This document shows, one piece after another, positions 8,934-15,487 of a DNA stretch of 16,575 nt. The translations under genes and the position numbers were made by a program. Each line of letters opens with the position of its first letter. Within the stretch, counting starts at the first letter, position 1. The stretch spans positions 1-16,575 of the forward strand of contig JAUSEB010000181.1 in the NCBI GenBank assembly GCA_030650495.1, written 5' to 3'. The notes beneath the pieces were generated by a model that was given only the letters and a program-made list of their open reading frames with translations, was not told the origin of the DNA and made no database searches. The DNA is from Armatimonadota bacterium. GTDB taxonomy: Bacteria; Armatimonadota; UBA5829; JAUSEB01.

Positions 8934-11024
8934 ATGGATTCACCGTTGCCGCTTACCGACTTTTCCTCGATTTGGTATGTGCTTCTGATTTTGGCTGTCT
9001 TGATCTTGCCGTCCTTACGGATCATCGGCCCGACGCAAGTCGGATTGATTACCAAGCGATTCAGCTTTAAGAAGCTCTCGGATGATAACCCTATCGCTTT
9101 TAATGGTGAAGCGGGATACCAGGCGGAACTCCTTATGCCCGGCCTGCGGTTCAGGTTCTGGATACTCTACAAAGTTGAGAAGTTCCCATGGGTCCAGATT
9201 CCTGCCGGGGAGATTGGCGTTGCCATAGCCCAGGCAGGTAAGCATTTGCCCATTGGCGCCAAGTCCGCGGTTTATAAAGATGAATTCGCTAACTTTTCCA
9301 ACCTCACGATGTTTACTAAATTCGGCGGCCAGAAGGGCGTCCAGCGGCCCGTATTGCCACCAGGATCCTTGGTTCCTATCCACCCCGTGGGTTTCCTTAT
9401 CATTACCAAGCGAAAAGTCTATGGACTCCCGGTCGCTCCTGAGCTGCAGAGTTTCGTCGCTGCCGGACAAAGACTGACGCCGGAGTCATTCGGCCTCAGT
9501 CCCGACCAGCTCGAGCTTGTCCGCATCCAAACGCAGCCAGGCGGGCCGCAGGGCAAAGCAATTGATATGATAGGCATCGTAACGGCTTATGAGGGCGATC
9601 CGCTGCCGTCGGGAGACATCGCAAGCCGTCTCGGCGGTTTCGCGGATGTGGACAAGATGATCCATGCAACTTCGAGCGACGCCGAAATCATCGAAACGCT
9701 TCTTGGAAGCAAGAACGGCATGCATAACAACTATCAAGATTTCCAGGCGTTCCTGGATAACGGCGGGAAAATCGGCCTCCAGCACGACCCGCTGCTCTAC
9801 GGAGCCTATGCCCTGAATCCATTCCTGGTTAGTGTGGAACTTGTGCCGATGCTGGTGGTCGAGCAAGGGCAGGTCGCGGTTATCAAAGCTTATGTCGGCC
9901 TAGTTACTCAAGATACATCCGGCCCGGACTTCAAGTTCGGAAGTCTTGTGCGCCCCGGACACAGAGGCATTTGGCAGGAACCGCTGCGAACCGGCAAGTA
10001 TCCAATCAATCCGCGCTGCTATCAAGCGGAGATAGTCCCAACCGCGATACTGACGTTGAACTGGGCCAACGCTACATCACAGGCTCACAATTTGGATTCC
10101 CGCCTTGAACAGATCGAGGCGAAGAGCAGAGAAGGTTTCGTTTTCAGACTGGACCTGCAAGTGCAGATTCACGTGCCGGATACTAAGGCTCCCCGCGTCA
10201 TATCGAGCGTCGGCACAATGAGCAATTTGGTCAACGAAGTGCTGCAGGCCGCTGTTGGAAACCATTTCCGCGACAAGCTGCAGAGCCTGCCCGCCGTGAC
10301 ATTCATCGAAACCCGCCAGAAGGTGCAGCAAGAGGCATTTGCTCATATCAGCGAGCAGTTGTCGGAGTACCAAGTCGAGACCAAGGGCGTTTACATACAA
10401 GACGTCGTACTTCCTGAGACTTTGGTGAAGGTTCTGACCCAGCGAGAAATCGCGAACCAGGAGATACAGACATACGCCAAGCAGGAAGCCGCTGAACAAC
10501 AGCGAATAGCCATGGAGCAGGCAAGAGGGACCGCCGACATGCAGTCGAAACTGGCGCAGTCCAAGGTCAACGTTGATATTGAAACAAACAACGCCAACGC
10601 GCAGATAGCCAAGGCTGAAGGTGAATCAACCTTTATTCGGCAGACAGGCGCCGCACAAGGAGCAGAAGTCGAGGCTGTCGGTCTTGCCCGCGCAAAGGCT
10701 TTCCAGGCGCAAGTTCAAGCCCTTGGACAGGGGCCGACTGCCCTGGTCAATGCTATTACGGTCCTTGCCGAACGTAATGCCAGGTTTGTCCCTGATATTC
10801 TAGTGGCGGGAGGAAACGGTTCGGGGTCTATAGACGGATTGGCCGCGACATTGATGCGCTATTTGGGTGGAAAAGGCAGCGGGGCTTCAACGTCCCAGCC
10901 TGTTGAAGAGATAATCGCTGAAGTTATTTCCGAGACCGCAAAAGAGCCGTCAAGCCCTAAAGTTGAGCTACCTCAGCAGCCTAAGCCGGAAACCGGCAAA
11001 GAAAGCAATAGCGAGAAAGAATAG
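8934..11024 (+). CDS. Flotillin-like SPFH/band-7 family membrane protein. It has an N-terminal TM anchor, an SPFH domain, and an extended coiled-coil/EA-rich region with a low-complexity acidic C-terminus.
   Basis: The 696-aa ORF has a strong RBS (AAGGAG, 8 nt from the ATG) and an N-terminal hydrophobic segment (IWYVLLILAVLILPSL). The SPFH-like core is VVEQGQVAVIKAYVGLV...YIQDVVLPETLVKVLTQREIANQE. It is followed by the flotillin-type QEAAEQQRIAMEQARGTADMQSKLAQSKVNVDIE...AKAEGES region. Confidence 0.7.
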   Translation: MDSPLPLTDFSSIWYVLLILAVLILPSLRIIGPTQVGLITKRFSFKKLSDDNPIAFNGEAGYQAELLMPGLRFRFWILYKVEKFPWVQIPAGEIGVAIAQAGKHLPIGAKSAVYKDEFANFSNLTMFTKFGGQKGVQRPVLPPGSLVPIHPVGFLIITKRKVYGLPVAPELQSFVAAGQRLTPESFGLSPDQLELVRIQTQPGGPQGKAIDMIGIVTAYEGDPLPSGDIASRLGGFADVDKMIHATSSDAEIIETLLGSKNGMHNNYQDFQAFLDNGGKIGLQHDPLLYGAYALNPFLVSVELVPMLVVEQGQVAVIKAYVGLVTQDTSGPDFKFGSLVRPGHRGIWQEPLRTGKYPINPRCYQAEIVPTAILTLNWANATSQAHNLDSRLEQIEAKSREGFVFRLDLQVQIHVPDTKAPRVISSVGTMSNLVNEVLQAAVGNHFRDKLQSLPAVTFIETRQKVQQEAFAHISEQLSEYQVETKGVYIQDVVLPETLVKVLTQREIANQEIQTYAKQEAAEQQRIAMEQARGTADMQSKLAQSKVNVDIETNNANAQIAKAEGESTFIRQTGAAQGAEVEAVGLARAKAFQAQVQALGQGPTALVNAITVLAERNARFVPDILVAGGNGSGSIDGLAATLMRYLGGKGSGASTSQPVEEIIAEVISETAKEPSSPKVELPQQPKPETGKESNSEKE

Positions 11025-11060
11025 CGCCAGGGCGAACGCATCTAAATATAAAATGCGCGG

Positions 11061-11126
11061 TATGCTGCGGGAACTGCCTTATGCTTAATCCAAGGCTTTA
11101 CCTAAACACACCGTTCCCGCAGCATA
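11061..11126. repeat. Perfect 14-bp inverted repeat TATGCTGCGGGAAC (11061-11074) against GTTCCCGCAGCATA (11113-11126). The 38-nt spacer contains a nested hairpin GCCTT...AAGGC (11076-11096).
   Basis: The repeat was read directly. It lies between the flotillin-like gene stop and a duplicated copy of that gene's 3' end. Confidence 0.6.
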
Positions 11127-11132
11127 GTACTT

Positions 11133-11219
11133 GTAAAAGAACCGGCTGATGTGAAAGTCGAACTGCCTAAGGAAAAAGAACCTAAAGCAGGTGAAGAAAG
11201 CAAAGGTACGAAAGAATAG
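11133..11219 (+). pseudogene. Startless in-frame duplicate of the last ~29 codons plus TAG of the flotillin-like gene. It encodes VKEPADVKVELPKEKEPKAGEESKGTKE*, against AKEPSSPKVELPQQPKPETGKESNSEKE* in the intact gene. It looks like a vestigial alternative 3' cassette.
   Basis: Nucleotide and amino-acid similarity to 10938-11024 is clear. The 13-mer GAAAGAATAGCGC ends both copies (11015-11027 and 11210-11222). The copy is offset by exactly 195 bp, or 65 codons, and is in the same frame as the parent gene. Its own frame carries a stop at 11103-11105 and no upstream start. Confidence 0.5.
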
Positions 11220-11239
11220 CGCGTTTATAACTAGCAGGC

Positions 11240-11260
11240 TTGCGGATAAAACGCTATAAT
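11240..11260 (+). promoter_or_regulatory. Putative promoter for the 178-aa gene. It has a perfect -10 TATAAT (11255-11260) and a poor -35 (TTGCGG at 11240-11245 is too close; CTAGCA at 18-nt spacing is weak).
   Basis: The hexamer was read directly, 33 nt upstream of the ATG at 11293. The -35 is unconvincing. Confidence 0.3.
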
Positions 11261-11292
11261 CTTATGTTAGTAATGATTCAAGGAGGCTTGGA

Positions 11293-11829
11293 ATGAGGAT
11301 TGAGCGAAAGCTCATCCTGGCGGTTGTGGCTCTCATTGTCTTGGCTAATCTTATTTACCCCTTGGCAGCGCTGGCCCGCGCTCAGGATGTTGCGCATAAC
11401 GGTTTCGAATCGAATGGAACGTTGATCAGTGGGTGGCATTGGCTGCGAAACAGCGGCCATACGGCTAAGTGGACTTTCAATGCTACAGCCTTGCAAAAGG
11501 CTAAAAGCGGAACTGTCTATCTCAATTTTGCGCCTTTGGTGACAAATGGAGTAAATGGCGGTTCAGGATATTCCACAATATGCCTGGTCACTGTACAAGG
11601 CGTTAAAACAGAAAAATACACGATTAAGTTGGTAAACCCGTATCGCCCTATTGATCCCGAAATTTCGTCTGGTGTGGGCTATCAGTGTTATGGGCACACT
11701 TCACAATCAATACCCGCATCCATTTGGAAGGGAGCCGGAACGCTGACAATTACCATCAGTTATCCCTTCAGCAATGACTACCACATGGCAGTAAACGCAA
11801 ACGCTATGTCCATTGGATACAGCAAATAA
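11293..11829 (+). CDS. Secreted or exported protein of unknown function. The 178-aa ORF has an N-terminal signal peptide and no recognisable domain.
   Basis: The RBS AGGAGG sits 6 nt from the ATG. The h-region LILAVVALIVLANLIYPLAALARA precedes a probable ALA/AxA cleavage site. The mature protein is rich in G/S/T/N and has two Cys. Confidence 0.6.
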   Translation: MRIERKLILAVVALIVLANLIYPLAALARAQDVAHNGFESNGTLISGWHWLRNSGHTAKWTFNATALQKAKSGTVYLNFAPLVTNGVNGGSGYSTICLVTVQGVKTEKYTIKLVNPYRPIDPEISSGVGYQCYGHTSQSIPASIWKGAGTLTITISYPFSNDYHMAVNANAMSIGYSK

Positions 11830-11839
11830 AAAGTAGTTT

Positions 11840-11869
11840 TTGACCCGCGCCTATCTAAGCGCGGGTCAA
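11840..11869. terminator. Hairpin TTGACCCGCGC-ctatctaa-GCGCGGGTCAA with an 11-bp stem, sited 10 nt after the 178-aa gene stop. The T-run (AGTAGTTTTT) lies on its 5' side in plus orientation, so the U-tract geometry fits a minus-strand terminator better.
   Basis: The stem was read directly. It may still act as a terminator or stabiliser for the plus-strand gene. Confidence 0.35.
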
Positions 11870-12033
11870 CCCCACCTGGATTACTCAACAATCCCCTACT
11901 CTCACCGTTTAGCGAATCATGCTTTCTTAAAAAATAGTTGAAGGTATCTCTAACCACAGCGGTCTAATCGTTTGAATAGCCAAAAAAGTGGCAAGTTCAT
12001 CTGCCGCTAAACAAAAAAACTGAGGTGGTATTG

Positions 12034-14544
12034 ATGCGATTTCGAACTATCAGATTCGTTGTAACTCTTATTATGGTTTGCGCGTTAGTCTACTGCTGCG
12101 TATCCGCGGTCCATGTGGCAATTGCGCAAGGAAAAATTCTAACCCCGAACCGTAATTCTGGTTCGACACTTAGTCCCGTGTCAGAAGCAACTCAAGGGCA
12201 GTTGCGGGCGCTTGATAAAGCGGGCAAGCCGATTGGCCAGTGTCCTCTTAAGCACACGAGCGTTACTGCGGATGTATCAGGGTTTGTCGCCCGTGTGGAT
12301 GTTACACAGGAGTTTGTGAACCCACTTAGCGAGAAGATCGAAGCCGTCTATGTGTTCCCACTTCCGCAAGACGCGGCGGTTGACCAGATGGAAATGACGA
12401 TAGGCAAAAGGACTATTCGCGGTGAGATCAAGCGGCGGGAAGAAGCGCGTCGGATATATGAAGCGGCGAAGGAATCCGGTCATGTGGCAAGCCTTCTCGA
12501 TCAGGAACGCCCAAACATTTTCACTCAATCAGTTGCCAATATCATGCCTGGCGAGAAGGTCGTCATCAAGATCAGCTATGTCAATCTACTGAAATATGAA
12601 AACGGGCAGTACGAATTTGTCTTTCCGATGGTAGTTGGTCCGCGTTATATCCCTGGAGAGCCGACCGGACGTTCAGGCGAGGGTTGGGCGCCGGACACGA
12701 CCCAAGTTCCCGACGCCTCCAAGATTACGCCTCCGGTTACCCCACCTGGAACCCGCGCCGGACACGATATTTCACTTGAGGCTAATATCGACGCTGGAAT
12801 AGAGATCGATAACATCGAGTCTGTTCTTCACGATGTAGAGATTGACCGTGATGGCTCCACGGCGGCGCATATCGCGTTGAAAGACAAACAGAGTATTCCT
12901 AACAAAGACTTCATATTGCGATACCAGGTTGCGGGCGATGAGGTACGAACGGGACTCCTGCCGAACACTCGCTCAGCGGGGGATGGCTACTTCTCATTGA
13001 TATTGGTTCCACCCAAAAGCCCAACACCAAGACAGATAGCTCCTAAAGAGATGATATTCGTTATAGACACCAGCGGCTCGCAAATGGGCTGGCCGATTGA
13101 GAAGTCAAAAGAGACGATGAAGCTCTGTGTTGAGCAGATGAATCCCAACGACACGTTCCAAATGCTGGGGTTCTCAAATGACGTTATATATTTGTTCGAC
13201 AAGCCGCGCCGTAACACATCAGAGAACAGGGCATTGGCGCAGGAATTTCTATCCACACGATTGGGATCGGGCGGTACGGAGATGATGAAAGCGGTAGTTG
13301 CCGCTCTTCACCCTCCCGCTGACCCGGAACGCATACGCATAGTCTGCTTCATGACTGACGGTTATGTTGGTAACGATTTTCAAATACTTGATACCGTCAA
13401 GAAAGGTATTGGATCCGCAAGACTCTTCTCATTCGGCATCGGAAATGGTGTCAATAGGTTTTTACTAGATGGCATGGCCGATTGCGGACGCGGGGCGGTT
13501 GAATATGTCACCCTGGAAGAAGCGGGGAATAACGCCGCCAAGCGTTTCCACAATAGGATATCCAAACCCATTTTGACTGATATTTCGATTGACTGGGGTG
13601 GACTTGCGGCAAGCGATGTATACCCTGAGCGCATCCCCGATCTATTCAGCTCTCAGCCGCTTATACTTAAAGGGCGGTATAACACACCGGGTAATGGATT
13701 TGTCACGATTCATGGAAAACTTGGCGGCAAATCATGGTCCGAGCGGATTGAAGTGAACCTGCCAGCGGCGGAAGATGAAAACCAGGCGCTTCCCGCTCTA
13801 TGGGCGCGCGCAAAGATCGCCGATCTGATGGCTCAGGACTACGCTGGTTTACAATCAGGAGAAGCAAATGCGGATGTGGAAGAGCAGGTTACTAAGGTAG
13901 CGTTGGAATATCAATTGATGAGCCAGTTTACATCGTTTGTCGCAGTTGAAGATAAGATCGTTACCGAGGGCGGGAAGCCAAAGAAGGTGGCTGTTCCAGT
14001 TGAGATGCCTGAGGGTGTAAGCTATGAGGGAGTTTTCGGTCATGAAACTGCTACAGACAATTTTTCAAGTGGCGGGGCTTTCCGTTCCAAGGCTATGAAA
14101 TCCCCCGGCTCCGTTGGTTCTTATTTCGCATCAGCGCCAAGCAGTCCGCCGATGCAACCCGCTGCTAATAATGTATTTTTCTTTGATGGGCACGTTAAGA
14201 CAAAACGTCTTGAGGTTAGTAATGGGGCTATTTCACCGGCTGAGCAAAAGAAGCGGGCTATCGAGACACGGCTTGATCCTTTGCTCAGAGGACTTGGCGC
14301 AAAGCTGGACAAGAATGGGAATTACTCCAAACCGGGCAAGGTCGAAGTCAAAAGCGGTAAAGTAAAAATATCCATCAGGCTTGCCAGTGTCTCTGCGGCC
14401 AATATCGCAAAGCTGAAAGCGCTGGGATTTGAGGCTTTGGCTTCCAGCAAGGCCGTCAAGATGTTGATAGGGCGGGCGCCGGTGAAGAACTTGGAAGCTC
14501 TTGCTCAACTCGACTTTGTGCTGAAGATAGCGCCGGTGAATTAG
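12034..14544 (+). CDS. Secreted protein with a VIT domain and a von Willebrand factor type A (vWA) domain, plus a C-terminal extension. Its architecture resembles inter-alpha-trypsin-inhibitor heavy chains.
   Basis: A signal peptide (MRFRTIRFVVTLIMVCALVYCCVSAVHVAIAQ) is followed by a VIT-like region (VDVTQEFVNPLSEKIEAVYVFPLP...MEMTIGKRTIRGEIKRREEAR...). The vWA domain has a MIDAS motif (MIFVIDTSGSQ ... SGGTEM ... FMTDGYVGND). The track start at 12025 is a GTG lying inside the SD GAGGTGG. The ATG at 12034, 5 nt after the SD, is preferred. Confidence 0.8.
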   Translation: MRFRTIRFVVTLIMVCALVYCCVSAVHVAIAQGKILTPNRNSGSTLSPVSEATQGQLRALDKAGKPIGQCPLKHTSVTADVSGFVARVDVTQEFVNPLSEKIEAVYVFPLPQDAAVDQMEMTIGKRTIRGEIKRREEARRIYEAAKESGHVASLLDQERPNIFTQSVANIMPGEKVVIKISYVNLLKYENGQYEFVFPMVVGPRYIPGEPTGRSGEGWAPDTTQVPDASKITPPVTPPGTRAGHDISLEANIDAGIEIDNIESVLHDVEIDRDGSTAAHIALKDKQSIPNKDFILRYQVAGDEVRTGLLPNTRSAGDGYFSLILVPPKSPTPRQIAPKEMIFVIDTSGSQMGWPIEKSKETMKLCVEQMNPNDTFQMLGFSNDVIYLFDKPRRNTSENRALAQEFLSTRLGSGGTEMMKAVVAALHPPADPERIRIVCFMTDGYVGNDFQILDTVKKGIGSARLFSFGIGNGVNRFLLDGMADCGRGAVEYVTLEEAGNNAAKRFHNRISKPILTDISIDWGGLAASDVYPERIPDLFSSQPLILKGRYNTPGNGFVTIHGKLGGKSWSERIEVNLPAAEDENQALPALWARAKIADLMAQDYAGLQSGEANADVEEQVTKVALEYQLMSQFTSFVAVEDKIVTEGGKPKKVAVPVEMPEGVSYEGVFGHETATDNFSSGGAFRSKAMKSPGSVGSYFASAPSSPPMQPAANNVFFFDGHVKTKRLEVSNGAISPAEQKKRAIETRLDPLLRGLGAKLDKNGNYSKPGKVEVKSGKVKISIRLASVSAANIAKLKALGFEALASSKAVKMLIGRAPVKNLEALAQLDFVLKIAPVN

Positions 14545-14549
14545 TAAAA

Positions 14550-14574
14550 GTTTCGGCATTTGAAATGCCGAAAC
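14550..14574. repeat. Copy 4 of the repeat family, short variant. It is identical to 2439-2463, including the ACACC flank, and lies 5 nt after the VIT-vWA stop.
   Basis: The 28-nt identity was read directly. Confidence 0.7.
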
Positions 14575-14598
14575 ACCAGGACACCAACACTAAATCTA

Positions 14599-14635
14599 TT
14601 CGGGAGGAGGCAAGCGCCTCCTCCCGATATTTTTG
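14599..14635 (+). terminator. Rho-independent terminator with a perfect 12-bp GC-rich stem TCGGGAGGAGGC-aagc-GCCTCCTCCCGA followed by TATTTTTG. It lies between the convergent VIT-vWA and aldolase genes. The plus orientation is strong and the minus orientation weak.
   Basis: The stem and T-run were read directly. An A-run/ATA precedes the stem and a T-run follows it, so weak bidirectional activity is possible. Confidence 0.7.
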
Positions 14636-15487
14636 CTAATCCTTCAGCCCGTATTCTTTCACAGCGACGGCGGCTGAAACACCGTTTTTGACCACGTCAC
14701 AAAGGGCGCGTTGGAAAGCGGCGGGATCGGATACTTGAATGGCGTTGCGTCCGAAGACTACCCCCCTGCCCCCGCCTTGTATGATTTTTTCGGCAAGTTC
14801 GAGGGCTAGTATCTGTTTAGGTGTCTTCTCGGCTCCCAGACCAAGAATCGGAATTGGGCAGGACTCGGTCACTTCGTTGAACTTATAGGTGTAGAAGGTT
14901 TTTATCAGATCGGCGCCAAGTTCGGCGACAATTCTGCTGGAGCGATAGACTTGTTCATGCATTTCTTCTTTTGACAGCTTGTCGGAATGCGTCGGGAAGA
15001 ACTCCCCAACTACGGGAATTCCCAACTTTTTCGCTTCAGCGGTGAGCTTGCAAAATACCTCCACATTTGCCGCGTCGCGCTTTTCGATGCCTGTGTTCAA
15101 GGTAAGCGAGACTAGAACAATGTCGGCTCCGGCTGCTACAGCGTCAGCCGCGCTGATGGCAGGCACGGTATTCGCGTCGTTATAGTTCCAGTGGAAGCAA
15201 TAGACCGTGCTCCAATTGATACGAACCATCGACATGGGAGCGCCCTTATAGTCAAATCCGGCGCCGCAGTGGCCGAGCATCCCCGGTGAAAGAAGAACGG
15301 CGGAAACTCCCGGATCAACCTTTTTAATAACCTCCGGCATATTTATCATGCCCGGCAGGGGACCGTCGAACTCACCATGGTCGATTGCCACGACAACCGC
15401 GTTTTGTCCATTTGAAAACAGCCGATTCAGCCTGATGTCTTTTCCCGTCAATGCTCTATCCCTTTCTATGCCTGTATGCTTGTCCAA
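14636..15487 (-). CDS. Class I aldolase of the DhnA/FbaB/ADH-synthase (DeoC superfamily) type.
   Basis: The ORF resembles archaeal-type class I FBP aldolase/ADH synthase: LTGKDIRLNRLF...AIDHG..GP..G (N-terminal) and the Schiff-base lysine region ELGADLIKTFYT. The start is a TTG at 15487, overlapping the upstream gene by 22 nt. An alternative TTG at 15449-15451 is preceded by AAAGGGA and removes the overlap. Confidence 0.75.
   Translation of the reverse strand: MDKHTGIERDRALTGKDIRLNRLFSNGQNAVVVAIDHGEFDGPLPGMINMPEVIKKVDPGVSAVLLSPGMLGHCGAGFDYKGAPMSMVRINWSTVYCFHWNYNDANTVPAISAADAVAAGADIVLVSLTLNTGIEKRDAANVEVFCKLTAEAKKLGIPVVGEFFPTHSDKLSKEEMHEQVYRSSRIVAELGADLIKTFYTYKFNEVTESCPIPILGLGAEKTPKQILALELAEKIIQGGGRGVVFGRNAIQVSDPAAFQRALCDVVKNGVSAAVAVKEYGLKD

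Noticed and set aside
11146-11157. CTGATG...GAAA resembling hammerhead ribozyme core boxes near the inverted repeat
   Set aside because: CUGAUGA is incomplete (CUGAUGU). There is no stem II between the boxes, and the matching stem I/III context is absent. The match is coincidental, within the duplicated coding remnant.
11880-12024. Sigma70 promoter for the VIT-vWA gene (TTGAAG at about 11937, TTGAAT at about 11961)
   Set aside because: I could not pair a -35-like hexamer with a convincing -10 at 16-18-nt spacing. The promoter is left uncalled.
12025-12033. GTG start of the VIT-vWA gene as given in the ORF track
   Set aside because: The GTG lies within the Shine-Dalgarno sequence GAGGTGG itself. 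The ATG at 12034 is correctly spaced and begins a canonical signal peptide.
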